Below the pieces are notes generated by a model. The model did no database searches and had not been told where the DNA came from. It saw only the letters and a list, made by a program, of their open reading frames with translations. Shown here piece by piece: positions 46,215 to 55,686 of a stretch of DNA of 64,000 bases (the first letter of the stretch is position 1; every line of letters begins with the position of its first letter). The DNA lies in the IMG/VR virus record IMGVR_UViG_3300037487_000581, positions 4,993 to 68,992 of that record; one strand, 5' to 3'. The position numbers and the translations under genes are program-made. This stretch comes from a virus.

Positions 46215-46853
46215 TTAAGTGCCAGCGGCGTTCTGAGCAGTACGGCCAGCGCGACCCAACTGCGGACTAGCGATACGAACGATACACAGCGGATAGGTGT
46301 CGGCTTGACTGTTCTTAGCATCTTCGTGGAAGCCGAGCAGTTGGAACTGACCTTGTGCGTCATCAGCAATAGGACCAGTGGTCGTATTTAGCATCTGAGC
46401 AGAGAACTTAGTACCAGCAGCGGCGAAACCAATCATGTCGAACTGACCACCGATTTCGATAGTACCAACAGCACCATCGGCTTGAACTACAAACTCGTTC
46501 TGATCACCTTCGATAACCCAAGCAATCGCATTGGCGCTATCTTTGGTAGCAGTAGAAGCAGTCCAGGTGTCGACCTTAACTGGACGACCTTCGGAATCGG
46601 TATATTCGCAACCTACGAAAATACCCAAGACTGGAACACCAGAGGCGACCGTACCCGTACGAGTTTGGTCAGTGGTGGCAAGACCAACGGTTCCACCATT
46701 GGAGGTAGTACCGATAGTACCGAGGAGATTAACAGCATCGCCGGGTTGGAGAGTAACCGCATAACCAGACAACAGAGGGAACGGGCGAGCAACACCGTGT
46801 ACCATCGGTTGACGAGCAAGGCGGAAACCAAATGGGGCGCTAGTAGCAGACAT
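46215..46853 (-). CDS. Capsid cement / minor head protein
   Basis: APFG.R, GD.V, G.F.GC.YTD and F.VQAD motifs; directly upstream of the capsid gene. Confidence 0.7.
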   Translation of the reverse strand: MSATSAPFGFRLARQPMVHGVARPFPLLSGYAVTLQPGDAVNLLGTIGTTSNGGTVGLATTDQTRTGTVASGVPVLGIFVGCEYTDSEGRPVKVDTWTASTATKDSANAIAWVIEGDQNEFVVQADGAVGTIEIGGQFDMIGFAAAGTKFSAQMLNTTTGPIADDAQGQFQLLGFHEDAKNSQADTYPLCIVRIASPQLGRAGRTAQNAAGT

Positions 46854-46864
46854 TTAGGTTCCTT

Positions 46865-47392
46865 TCAATTGAAAACAGGGATTTTTGCGTTTGACGAAAG
46901 GTTACGGAAACCTTCATCGTCTTGGTCGAATTGCCCCAACTTCTTACCACCGGAATCCTTAATAGCTTCAACGGCATTCGCCTTAATCCGCTCTTCTTCA
47001 TCCATGGGTCGATAGTGGTGATATTCTTCCATGATCTCTTGATAAATATCTTGGGGAATCTGAAAGAGGATCATTTCATTCATCGAAACACAACCTTCAT
47101 ATTCACCAGACTTAGATCTATAGTGATCAAAACCGGGTATTTCTTCTGCTTTCACTGGAGTGTAACCCATGCGTTGCCGCTTGTAGATCGGGTCGTACTG
47201 ATTAGTTGTCGAAAGCCATACATAATGCCAACCGGGTCGTGCTGGAGGGGTCGGCAAAGCCTCTTGGGAGAATTCTCTAAACATCCTACGACGTTCTTGA
47301 GAAGTAGACATAACTGTTTCTGCAGTAGCACGTTCGTCATTGCGAGTATTACGCGAAACTACATCATTCTTTTTAACCATTCGTTCATCCAT
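46865..47392 (-). CDS. Conserved head-module protein
   Basis: LP.PP..PGWHY.W, R..G..PV and M.L..IP motifs. Confidence 0.7.
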   Translation of the reverse strand: MDERMVKKNDVVSRNTRNDERATAETVMSTSQERRRMFREFSQEALPTPPARPGWHYVWLSTTNQYDPIYKRQRMGYTPVKAEEIPGFDHYRSKSGEYEGCVSMNEMILFQIPQDIYQEIMEEYHHYRPMDEEERIKANAVEAIKDSGGKKLGQFDQDDEGFRNLSSNAKIPVFN

Positions 47393-47404
47393 TTTGATAT
47401 CTCC

Positions 47405-48376
47405 TTAACGTGACTGTTTATCGTAATCCATGTAGGCTTTAATCATTTCCCGACGTAACGTCGGGTCTTCCCAAGCACCTGCTTCTCTAATCGCTTTTAC
47501 ACGATCTGGTGAAAGCCTGTAACCTGCCGATGGTCTACTTGTAGAACTACTTCCTTCAGTCGGTGGTCTAGAGTTACCTCCATTGTTTGAACTATTGCCG
47601 CCAGTATAGCTCCCATTTGAGCTATTTGCAAATCGATGTGGCATATATTTTTTGAGCCGGGTATCCAATTCTTGCCAATATTCAGGTTGACGAGGATCCC
47701 AACCTTCTTCAGCGAGCATATTATCCACTGTCAAAACAACACGGCTATCCGGATCACGACCACTTGGGTCATACCAATTCTTATCCTTTGTCCAGTTCTG
47801 GGCATTGCGGGCGATAGTTTGGTCAAGTGGTTGCTTGGGTCGCTGCGACATCTTCTGAGCGACTGTTTGCTTAACCCTAGCCAAATCTTCAGCACGCTTA
47901 CGAGCGGCATAGTAAAGTTCAGTAGCGTCAACTGCCGCCTCACCGTTACCTTCTTGGGTGGCTTGCGCCATTGCTTGACGAGCCAATTGGAGCGCCTCAT
48001 TGGCATCAGAAATAGCTTTATCAATTTGGGCAACACCGGATTGAACATTGCGATGCTCAACTGTGTTCTTCCAGGTATTAACTTCTTCTAATTGACGACG
48101 TAATGAGTCAATTTCGCGCTTGTATGAATCTTCTTTTTCACGAACATGACGTTTCTTTTCTTGACGTTCATTTCTGCGGCGCTCACGAATAGCTTCACGT
48201 TCTTCGGGGGTTTTATCCTGATGAAGTTCGTCTTCTTTACGATCTTCCTCTTCCTCAGGTGTTTCTTCTTTAACAACTACTTGCGGCTTCTCACCAAGTT
48301 CAATTAGGTCTTGATCAAGTAGATTTTGATCTTCAGAAGATACAACTGGTTCTTCAATTACAATGTCTTCGGCCAT
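47405..48376 (-). CDS. Scaffolding protein (putative)
   Basis: Acidic N-terminus, long coiled coil, W...N.W and EG.DP...EY..ELD.R motifs; position before the capsid genes. Confidence 0.7.
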   Translation of the reverse strand: MAEDIVIEEPVVSSEDQNLLDQDLIELGEKPQVVVKEETPEEEEDRKEDELHQDKTPEEREAIRERRRNERQEKKRHVREKEDSYKREIDSLRRQLEEVNTWKNTVEHRNVQSGVAQIDKAISDANEALQLARQAMAQATQEGNGEAAVDATELYYAARKRAEDLARVKQTVAQKMSQRPKQPLDQTIARNAQNWTKDKNWYDPSGRDPDSRVVLTVDNMLAEEGWDPRQPEYWQELDTRLKKYMPHRFANSSNGSYTGGNSSNNGGNSRPPTEGSSSTSRPSAGYRLSPDRVKAIREAGAWEDPTLRREMIKAYMDYDKQSR

Positions 48377-48393
48377 ACGATTCTCCTTCAGAA

Positions 48394-48813
48394 TCAGCGG
48401 TTAATATACTCGTGTTGTGAATTCAATGGGTCACCTTTGATTTTAGCAATCAACTCGTGATCATTGATTAACATGAACAATGCGGGTTCTTCGGGTTCGT
48501 TTGTAATCGCAACTTCAAAGCGATCACCACCATACTTAGGAACACGAACAAACGAACCAACGTCAGCCCATACGCCTTCCGGCCACGATTCCAATGTATC
48601 TTTCTTTTTGAAAGCCAATGCGCCAAGTGCGACAACTTTAGCGACTTGCGTATTGAACTTTTCAAATTCACGGGTCTCACCAGCAAGGACAATTCCCGAA
48701 GCAGTGGTGCGCTTTACCCGACGTAATTGAACAAGTACACGACCGCCAAGCGGTTCGATACCTGAATCTACATCTGGAAATGCCCAATTGATATCTTTAC
48801 TATTTTCCATCAA
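48394..48813 (-). CDS. groES: GroES-like co-chaperonin
   Basis: EPLG.RVLV, T.SGIVL, V.ALG, V..PKYGG and LINDHELIA motifs. Confidence 0.85.
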   Translation of the reverse strand: MMENSKDINWAFPDVDSGIEPLGGRVLVQLRRVKRTTASGIVLAGETREFEKFNTQVAKVVALGALAFKKKDTLESWPEGVWADVGSFVRVPKYGGDRFEVAITNEPEEPALFMLINDHELIAKIKGDPLNSQHEYINR

Positions 48814-48830
48814 ACTTCCTTTCGAAGTTA

Positions 48831-49004
48831 TTAATCGTCCTGATCGCTCTCAAGCTCCGTTAAGATTTGAATAGCTTCCTTTAGGCCATTGTACTGACCA
48901 ACCCGCTCACGATAGGACGCAAAATCGTTAGCGGGAAACTCTAATACACTTTTCTCAAGTTCATTCAAACGTGCAAAAAGCGCATTTAGTTGTCTATTCT
49001 CCAT
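48831..49004 (-). CDS. 57-aa conserved protein upstream of GroES (not in ORF track)
   Basis: DF..YRE.VG...GL..A motif; TAATG overlap with a 15-codon Lys-rich ORF upstream. Confidence 0.6.
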   Translation of the reverse strand: MENRQLNALFARLNELEKSVLEFPANDFASYRERVGQYNGLKEAIQILTELESDQDD

Positions 49005-49076
49005 TACTTCTTTTTCGGAGGTTTGACGGTTTTCTTAGTCTTACAAGGCATTTCATTTCTCCTATGTTGAAAATTT

Positions 49077-49105
49077 AGTGTAGCTCAAGCGGCGAGCAAA
49101 AGCAA
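49077..49105 (-). promoter_or_regulatory. Late-module promoter
   Basis: TTGCTT-N17-TACACT; spacer begins TTGCTC like the other late promoters. Confidence 0.55.
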
Positions 49106-49636
49106 CATTGTCTCATCATTCTTACGCCGCTTTTTAATTTTAGCTTCCTTAATGACCTTGGCTTTTACAAACTCTTCATAAGCAACGACCAACGGTGTTA
49201 TTTCATCTTTCTCAATCTTTATTTCTTTAGGTTTAATCGGTTTTAAACGGTTGAACGGCGATTTGTTTACTTCGTCAATAATCGCATCGATTTCATTTAA
49301 AATAGCGGCATTTTCAGCCTCCATTTTAAATACCGGAGCATAACGGGGTAGGCTAGGGTAAGGGCTACTTTGCTCAATACGCCTTGCTGCACGTCGAATA
49401 GCCTTGGGTTTTGGCTTTTTGCTTACCAAAAGTGGGACTTTTGGTACAGCAACAGGTTCTTCTTTAATTAACCCGCGTTTCTTATGGTCTTCTTCAATTG
49501 ACTTGGCATACAGTTCGTACATCCAAAGACGCGTTGTACCTGAACGAACTGAGGATTCAGCTATATCTTTTCCAAGACCCATCGCGACAATGGCTCCTGC
49601 TATTGGAGATAGGCCAAAACCACGTGCGACAATCAT
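49085..49636 (-). CDS. Hypothetical basic protein
   Basis: 183 aa; Lys-rich; DE..LLLL C-terminus. Confidence 0.6.
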   Translation of the reverse strand: MIVARGFGLSPIAGAIVAMGLGKDIAESSVRSGTTRLWMYELYAKSIEEDHKKRGLIKEEPVAVPKVPLLVSKKPKPKAIRRAARRIEQSSPYPSLPRYAPVFKMEAENAAILNEIDAIIDEVNKSPFNRLKPIKPKEIKIEKDEITPLVVAYEEFVKAKVIKEAKIKKRRKNDETMLLLLAA

Positions 49637-50679
49637 TGCAGTCTTTCTCTAACCTCAGCACCTTGACCACGATAATTCTGTGTCTCAGTTGCATTTTCAT
49701 ATAGTTGTGCAGTTAGATACGGAGTTGTACCGTCGTCTGCATAAACTGTCATGACACCTGTTGTTGGGTTAGTGACGGTCTTATTACGAAGGATGCGTGA
49801 ACAAATTTCCATTTTGTCACTCAACGAAATCGCTGTACTATGTGCCCAAACAGCATCAGATATTTCTGTCGTGGTTGGGATCATCAGATGCTCCTGTAGA
49901 TATGCGAGTTCTTCCGGTGTAAATAGGTCTGAACTGGGGACATAAACACTTAACGTCGCAGCCGCACCAGTGTAACTATAAACCCCAGACTGAGCATACA
50001 ACGAAACACCAATAGTCAGTGTCGTTGAAAATCCGTTTAGCGTATAGACCGCAGGATTAGCTGTTAATACCAGATCCTTCGTGGTTGTCGCTGCGCCCCC
50101 AGTATAGCTATAACTCGCAGGACTTGCAACCAACGTAAGAGCCTGTACCGTTGTTGCTGCGTATCCGGTGTAGGTGTAGGTCGCGGGGTCTGCACTTAAT
50201 GTACCGCCAACGACTGAACTTAACGTCGCCGCCGCACCCGTGTAACTATACGTCGCAGGGCTGGCTGTGATCGTTAGGTCTTTTGTCGTTGTTGCCGCTG
50301 CCCCGGTGTATGTGTACGTCGCGGGGTCTGCGCTCAACATCGACCCGGTTACTGAACTCAGTGTCGCTGCTGCGCCCGTGTATGTGTAGGTCGCTGGACT
50401 CGCTGTGAGCGTCAACGCCTTGATAGTGGTCGCTGTCGCCCCGGTGTAGGTATACGTGGCGGGACTTGCAGTGAACGATACGGCCCGTGTTGTTGTCGCT
50501 GCTGCGCCTGTGTAGGTGTAGGTCGCTGGACTGGCGACCAGACTGACCGCAACGACGTTGGTTACGGCGGCAGGGGTGTACGTGTAGCTACCCGCTCCTG
50601 CGGTAAGGCTGACCGCAGTGCTACCACCAGAAGCGGCGGTATCAAACGCTACATACGATACCCGTACATCAATCGTCAT
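49633..50679 (-). CDS. Repeat-containing virion protein (about 10 copies of A.PATYTYTGAAAT)
   Basis: Ten 21-23-aa tandem repeats; C-terminal LRNK.VT.P.TG..T.Y.DDG.T domain. Confidence 0.75.
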   Translation of the reverse strand: MTIDVRVSYVAFDTAASGGSTAVSLTAGAGSYTYTPAAVTNVVAVSLVASPATYTYTGAAATTTRAVSFTASPATYTYTGATATTIKALTLTASPATYTYTGAAATLSSVTGSMLSADPATYTYTGAAATTTKDLTITASPATYSYTGAAATLSSVVGGTLSADPATYTYTGYAATTVQALTLVASPASYSYTGGAATTTKDLVLTANPAVYTLNGFSTTLTIGVSLYAQSGVYSYTGAAATLSVYVPSSDLFTPEELAYLQEHLMIPTTTEISDAVWAHSTAISLSDKMEICSRILRNKTVTNPTTGVMTVYADDGTTPYLTAQLYENATETQNYRGQGAEVRERLQ

Positions 50680-51758
50680 TCATCAGCCTCCAGTTGAACG
50701 TGGAGCGATGAGTAATCGGTAATCGCATCACACTCGCCAGAGGTCAGCGTGATTGGGTAATCCTCGTAGCTGCTGGTCAGCCCGGTGATCGTGCGTGTGG
50801 CGATGGTTGTTGTGTCTTGTTTTAGCGTGGCGACGAGAGTGTTGCCGTTGTCACTCTTAGCTCTGATCGTCAGCACTTGCCCACTCGACGTGCCGGGGTC
50901 GGTAACAGCAGAGAGCGCAAGGTCGCACGTCGCTGGCTCAGTTGCGCTGATGTAGTCTGCGTCGTCTGCTACGGGTTCATCGACGAGGGAATAGAGCGGG
51001 GCGTCTGGCTGGCTGAAGGGGGTGCGAGAGGGTTGTTGTTTGAAGATTTGCCAGGGGTTCGCAGCCAGCCCTGGTAATAAATGAGGTGGTGTGTACTCCC
51101 GCTTTGCCGCTAGTAATGCCACATACATAGTGTTGTATGAACTACTCGTTAAATAGGCTGCGGTTACGTTCTGTAAGTAATAATTGCCTGTTCTTTGTAC
51201 GGATATTATCTTCCCTGTGGAATTATCTCTTACACACAAATTCCAAAGTCTATTTCCACCCGCATCGTCATAAAACGACATTACTATTGTTGAGTAACCA
51301 ACAGGAGAATCACCGGCTTCGAGTTCTGTTCCGTAGGGGAAAACTCCAGCACCTCTATATGTTGAAGTTAGATGTTGTTTAAAACCTAACCCCCACCCTT
51401 TAGTTCCTGATACACCAAAAAAAAGGCCTCCTTCGTATGCTGAAGTCCAATTAGTTCTATCAGTTTTTGCTATGGCTATATAGGTCATCATCCCAGTCAG
51501 AGGGAATGATGCTTGAAGTTGAATATGCGCCGCTCCTACGTCTATTTTATGCACCAACCCAATAGGGCTTGTCACTAACGAATGCCCAGTAGGAAGGGCT
51601 ATATCCCCAGGTAAATACGTTACATATTTATTATCTCTCTCCACCCTACCCTGCGGCTGCGTATATGTCTTCCTCGGCAATATCAGCGACGCTGACCCAC
51701 CCTTAACACTCGGTGTCCAGCCTGTAACGAGGTCAGCACTTGGGCGCGCGATGGACAT
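50676..51758 (-). CDS. Mosaic virion protein with internal LamG/ConA-like domain
   Basis: L.ANPWQIF closes a lectin-like domain; flanks form an ARP...WTPS / LY..VDE...DDADYI protein. Confidence 0.6.
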   Translation of the reverse strand: MSIARPSADLVTGWTPSVKGGSASLILPRKTYTQPQGRVERDNKYVTYLPGDIALPTGHSLVTSPIGLVHKIDVGAAHIQLQASFPLTGMMTYIAIAKTDRTNWTSAYEGGLFFGVSGTKGWGLGFKQHLTSTYRGAGVFPYGTELEAGDSPVGYSTIVMSFYDDAGGNRLWNLCVRDNSTGKIISVQRTGNYYLQNVTAAYLTSSSYNTMYVALLAAKREYTPPHLLPGLAANPWQIFKQQPSRTPFSQPDAPLYSLVDEPVADDADYISATEPATCDLALSAVTDPGTSSGQVLTIRAKSDNGNTLVATLKQDTTTIATRTITGLTSSYEDYPITLTSGECDAITDYSSLHVQLEADE

Positions 51759-51760
51759 TA

Positions 51761-52159
51761 CTACGTAGTAACGCTGTTAGTGACTTCAGACAGGTAGGCT
51801 TCGACGGTAATGTCGTTACCTGTATGCGCCGCGAACTCAACCTCCAGACTCATAACCCCCGGACCAAATTCCCAACTTTGCTCAGTGATAGCCGCATTGG
51901 TAGTGCCACCGCCAAATGACCATACCGTCTTCCAGTCCGCACCAGCAGATGCAGCGGCTGGCATAGTGGCGTTGTGCGAGACAAGTACGTTACAGACGCA
52001 TTGGGCAGTTGGTGCTGTCGCCCCGTTGGTAATCTTCATTGTCAGCAGACCGCCAAGAGCAGTCTGTAAGTCAGTACGTCCACGAGTCACGGTTGCTGCG
52101 GTTTTGGTTGCACTAGCAACTACCGTCCGTGCATTTTTAGTTACTGTCGTTGTGCTCAT
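51761..52159 (-). CDS. Putative virion protein
   Basis: 132 aa, Thr/Ala-rich beta protein. Confidence 0.6.
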   Translation of the reverse strand: MSTTTVTKNARTVVASATKTAATVTRGRTDLQTALGGLLTMKITNGATAPTAQCVCNVLVSHNATMPAAASAGADWKTVWSFGGGTTNAAITEQSWEFGPGVMSLEVEFAAHTGNDITVEAYLSEVTNSVTT

Positions 52160-52578
52160 AAGAAGCTCCCATCATCGTTAACAATCGCCACACGAACATC
52201 CCACTCGGTTAGCGGATCAGGCACTTCGGCAATCGCCAACAAAGCGGCGGCGGCGGCTTCAGGAATAGCTCCACCGGATGCAAGTTGCTGAATCATCCCG
52301 CGAGTGGCGGGACTACCGAAGTCCAGCTCTCCGCGCTCGATCAGCACCCATGCCCATTTGACCGGGCTTGAGACAGCCTTTAGTGCGTCGAGTCCGTCGA
52401 GTAGTGCGCTGCCAGCGTCGGGGCCGAGGGTTTCCAGCACCAGACCTACGCCACCCAGTTTCTGAGTGACTTTTGTTCTGCCAGCGGAGAGCGCATCTGC
52501 GATAGCTTGAGTATCTGGCACAAGTGCCAGGATGGCGGGGTCAGCATTGATAGCTGATCTGATTTCAATAGGTGTCAT
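52156..52578 (-). CDS. Hypothetical protein
   Basis: 140 aa; ATGA overlap with the downstream gene. Confidence 0.65.
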   Translation of the reverse strand: MTPIEIRSAINADPAILALVPDTQAIADALSAGRTKVTQKLGGVGLVLETLGPDAGSALLDGLDALKAVSSPVKWAWVLIERGELDFGSPATRGMIQQLASGGAIPEAAAAALLAIAEVPDPLTEWDVRVAIVNDDGSFL

Positions 52579-52581
52579 AAG

Positions 52582-53025
52582 TTAGGCTCCTGCTAATGTG
52601 AAGATAGTGCCGGGGTTTGTGTTGTTGAACTTAACAGTGAATGTGTCGCCAGCGTTGCTCAACGTGACCGCCGAGCCGTTATCCCAGTAACCAACAACAG
52701 CATCGACCGGAGTAATCGCGTTGTCGTTGTAGAGGATTGCATACTGGAAAGGACCGATGCCGCCTGCGGTTGCTGTGAACACAACTTGCGTTCCTTGCAC
52801 GGTCATCGTTCCAGTTGTTTCACTAGATGTGATGGTCGTTGTTGATCCGCCTCCCGTGTATCCGTTAGCTGCGGCAGGAGCCGGGAACGCGCCAACAGTC
52901 CAACTGACAGTGGAAGAACTAGGGGCAGTATTGGTCAATGCGACTTTGAACACGTGTGCATCAAAGTCATGAACACCCAGAACAAGTTGTTCTGCAAAGT
53001 CGTTTACTTTCTGAAATGTTGCCAT
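52582..53025 (-). CDS. Putative virion structural protein
   Basis: D....FKVALT, NGYT.GG, IGPF.YA.LY and W..GS.VTL..G.TF motifs. Confidence 0.7.
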   Translation of the reverse strand: MATFQKVNDFAEQLVLGVHDFDAHVFKVALTNTAPSSSTVSWTVGAFPAPAAANGYTGGGSTTTITSSETTGTMTVQGTQVVFTATAGGIGPFQYAILYNDNAITPVDAVVGYWDNGSAVTLSNAGDTFTVKFNNTNPGTIFTLAGA

Positions 53026-53027
53026 GT

Positions 53028-53279
53028 TTATTGCTCCTTAATTTGGTTCGTACCCTTGATAAGCTCGCGGGCGCGTTCTAGGTCAGTTAGGTACGCCCAG
53101 TAACAGTGATCTGGCTCCCAGAACACAAGTTTGTTGATCCACTTCTGCGCAGGCCACTCACTTCTATAGGCGCGGCCTGAGATCGACTCGTTAGCATCTC
53201 CATTTAGCAGCAGCACATTGGCAAGCTGGCTTACTGCGTCGAACAGTCGCACGAGGTATTTGGGGCGCACGACGATCAT
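53028..53279 (-). CDS. Conserved small phage protein
   Basis: SQL.N..LL.G..NESISGRAY...W....HC motif; TGATG overlap. Confidence 0.7.
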   Translation of the reverse strand: MIVVRPKYLVRLFDAVSQLANVLLLNGDANESISGRAYRSEWPAQKWINKLVFWEPDHCYWAYLTDLERARELIKGTNQIKEQ

Positions 53280-53695
53280 CAGAAAAACCCCGTCTGGTGC
53301 ATACCGATCCCGAGCATTGTCAGGAGGGCAGTGATCGTTGCAACGATCAACTTCTCCATGATGTTCTCGCTGATCTTTCTCTTTGAGTTTGCAGCGGCAA
53401 GGGCTTCGGCCTCTGCCTTCAACACAAAAGGGCACTTGCCATTGGGTCGGCTAGTACGGAAATTGTGCAACCAGTCCATGTCATCATGAAACGTTGCTGT
53501 GTGACCATTCAGTACAATGCTTTTGATGGCGGATTCGTCCTGCAGAACTGCGTCGATCTTCATCGAAAGACGGCCAAAACCGCTGTGTATGATCAGTAAA
53601 ACAGCCTTCATTGATGGGTCTTCGCACTCCGCAATCGCCCGCATGATCTCGTCAGCCATCGCCGCATCCTCGTGGTCACTCTTGCGCCGGTTCAC
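53279..53695 (-). CDS. Membrane-anchored lysis-cassette protein (holin-like?)
   Basis: RRKSD N-terminus and one C-terminal TM segment. Confidence 0.5.
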   Translation of the reverse strand: MNRRKSDHEDAAMADEIMRAIAECEDPSMKAVLLIIHSGFGRLSMKIDAVLQDESAIKSIVLNGHTATFHDDMDWLHNFRTSRPNGKCPFVLKAEAEALAAANSKRKISENIMEKLIVATITALLTMLGIGMHQTGFF

Positions 53696-54186
53696 TTCAA
53701 AACCTCTTCAATCCAGCGTTGTAATCCGTTGAGTTGGGCGGCGTTTGAGTTGGCGATGGCGTAGTTGGTGACGATGTTTTCGGCGAGATCAGCGGCACTA
53801 ATGGGCGCGGTGGCGTCATCAGGTTTGCCGGTGGGTGCGGGAACGGGCGCACCTGCAACGGCTGCGTTGGACAACACGCCGATAGCCCCAGAACAGTTGC
53901 CAGTAATAGCGTTGGCATAAGTAAGATATTCCCGTTTGAGGTCGGCATATTTGCGCTCCGTATCTAATAATTCTTTGCTGATCCGCTCGCCTTCCGCGAC
54001 GCTTGCAAGATAGAACTGATGCGATTCCTCCGCCTGCGCTGCAGCAACCAGTTGATGCTCGATGTTGCACTCGTCAACAGCATCAGACCTAATAGCCAGA
54101 ACAACCCAAGCACAGCAAGCGACAGCACCAGCGGCACCCAGACCAACCAACCAAGTGCGGAGGGGAATAAGCGAGAGAAGTCCCAT
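53692..54186 (-). CDS. Rz: Inner-membrane spanin (Rz-like)
   Basis: N-terminal TM, coiled coil and C..A.....QL..LQ.W-like C-terminus; start near MGLLSL. Confidence 0.75.
   Translation of the reverse strand: MGLLSLIPLRTWLVGLGAAGAVACCAWVVLAIRSDAVDECNIEHQLVAAAQAEESHQFYLASVAEGERISKELLDTERKYADLKREYLTYANAITGNCSGAIGVLSNAAVAGAPVPAPTGKPDDATAPISAADLAENIVTNYAIANSNAAQLNGLQRWIEEVLK
53697..53948 (-). CDS. Rz1: Outer-membrane lipoprotein spanin (Rz1-like), embedded in Rz
   Basis: Alternate frame inside Rz; lipobox LSAC; Pro-rich PHPPANLMTPPRPL. Confidence 0.75.
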   Translation of the reverse strand: MPTSNGNILLMPTLLLATVLGLSACCPTQPLQVRPFPHPPANLMTPPRPLVPLISPKTSSPTTPSPTQTPPNSTDYNAGLKRF

Positions 54187-54187
54187 G

Positions 54188-54430
54188 TCATTCATCCACC
54201 GTTTGAACTCTGTACACACCTGCCTGATCTACTGCCATGTGAGTATCGAACTGGTTTACAAACTGCACGAAGTCAGACCACTCTGATTGATCTATGAGTA
54301 GAGAATCTGCGCTACCCATGCGCCCGATCTGTACCCAACCTGTGCTGTCATATGTCGCCATACAATCAAGGTTTACACCTTCGTCTGGAACGCACAGTGT
54401 TTCGAGTTCGTTGAGTTTTAGTGTTCTCAT
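54188..54430 (-). CDS. Hypothetical protein
   Basis: 80 aa; ATGA overlap. Confidence 0.5.
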   Translation of the reverse strand: MRTLKLNELETLCVPDEGVNLDCMATYDSTGWVQIGRMGSADSLLIDQSEWSDFVQFVNQFDTHMAVDQAGVYRVQTVDE

Positions 54431-54540
54431 TCGTCCAGACCTACAAAATTACGCGCGGCGGCGAGTGCAACAATGCCGATCACCAGCACCGGGATCATGA
54501 AGAAAACGGCGCAGAGCGCGATGGAGGTCGCTTCGATCAT
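54427..54540 (-). CDS. 37-aa single-TM peptide (not in ORF track)
   Basis: ATGA overlaps on both sides; MIEATSIALCAVFFMIPVLVIGIVALAAAR. Confidence 0.5.
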   Translation of the reverse strand: MIEATSIALCAVFFMIPVLVIGIVALAAARNFVGLDE

Positions 54541-54794
54541 GGACGACTCTCAAGGTAGTTTTTGAACACGTACCCGACCAGCAGCGTCGCCGGGGCGGAT
54601 AGCGCAGCCAGGATTGCCGCAACTCCAGCGTCAGATTTACCCAGTGCCAGTGCCGTCAGTGAGTACTCATGCGCCCACTCGGCCTGTACCCAGAGCATCC
54701 AGATTGATATGCCGAGGACGGCACGACGGATGACGCCACGCTGGTCGATGAAGTCCCAGAACTGGGTGAAGGAGTTGGTCAGCATTTCGGTCAT
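54537..54794 (-). CDS. Holin (putative, 2 TM)
   Basis: 85 aa with two hydrophobic segments, between endolysin and spanins. Confidence 0.6.
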   Translation of the reverse strand: MTEMLTNSFTQFWDFIDQRGVIRRAVLGISIWMLWVQAEWAHEYSLTALALGKSDAGVAAILAALSAPATLLVGYVFKNYLESRP

Positions 54795-55267
54795 GGTGCG
54801 GGAACCACCACGATCTGTCCTGCCGGTATCTGGACTGGGGCCGGTTGTGTGACGACTATCGGTGCGGGCTGAGTGACTACAGTAGGCGTTGACACCGCTG
54901 CATGACTATCCGTAACTACGTCGTGGCGGTCTGTCGTTGTGGTCGTTGTCGTAGTTGTCACCGCGCCAGAACCTTTCAAGGCGTCAAACCCGTGAACGGC
55001 CATCGCTCCCATCGCGTAAGGCACAACCGCCGCACCGACTAAACCCGTCACCTGTCCGGAGACGCTCACAAACGCGTCATAGCCGTTCGTCGGCAATTTA
55101 AGTCCACGATCACGCGGATCGGTGTAGTCCAGCGTGCAACCGCCAGCGGGGCATGTCATGCTGATCGTCGGGCGGGATTTTGTCTGCGCATCCAGAACGG
55201 CTTGCAGCGTGGCCGGATTAGTGCCGCAACCTGCTAAAAATATCACAGGAATTAGCAGGGATTTCAT
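54791..55267 (-). CDS. Lipoprotein
   Basis: MKSLLIPVIFLAGC lipobox; internal hydrophobic segment; Thr/Pro-rich tail. Confidence 0.75.
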   Translation of the reverse strand: MKSLLIPVIFLAGCGTNPATLQAVLDAQTKSRPTISMTCPAGGCTLDYTDPRDRGLKLPTNGYDAFVSVSGQVTGLVGAAVVPYAMGAMAVHGFDALKGSGAVTTTTTTTTTDRHDVVTDSHAAVSTPTVVTQPAPIVVTQPAPVQIPAGQIVVVPAP

Positions 55268-55686
55268 GCTGGAAACTCCCGTAATTGAAAGTGCATACCA
55301 TCTGGCCTATCCCAATGACCGCCCCATTCAAAACCAGCGTCTTCAAAGCAAGCGACAAAACCTTTTGTCAATTTTGGTTGGGCACCGAGTGGATTCCAAG
55401 CAGCATTAACATCAATCGCCAACCCCCACGAATGCAGCGATGCTTGACTTGAACCTTTTTGATGACGGATATTGAAACATCCGTCCCAAGTTTTCAATTC
55501 GTCAATGTGATTACGAACTATAAGGTTTACGATTGCATCTGCCAACGGGGCACGTAAATCACGATTTAGATAAATCTTTCCCGGTATAGCAGAACGTTCC
55601 ATAACAGATGGAACATCCCATAAGATCATAGCCGATTCATGAATTGGCGAACCATAACGATCTAGAGCTTGGCGGGGCGTGATCAT
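55264..55686 (-). CDS. Endolysin, M15-family peptidase
   Basis: GCFNIR, SLHSWGLAIDVN and WGG.W..PDGMHFQ motifs. Confidence 0.9.
   Translation of the reverse strand: MITPRQALDRYGSPIHESAMILWDVPSVMERSAIPGKIYLNRDLRAPLADAIVNLIVRNHIDELKTWDGCFNIRHQKGSSQASLHSWGLAIDVNAAWNPLGAQPKLTKGFVACFEDAGFEWGGHWDRPDGMHFQLREFPA

Noticed and set aside
49960-50610. Regularly spaced DNA repeats resembling a CRISPR array
   Set aside because: The repeats are in frame, vary at third codon positions and encode a protein repeat.
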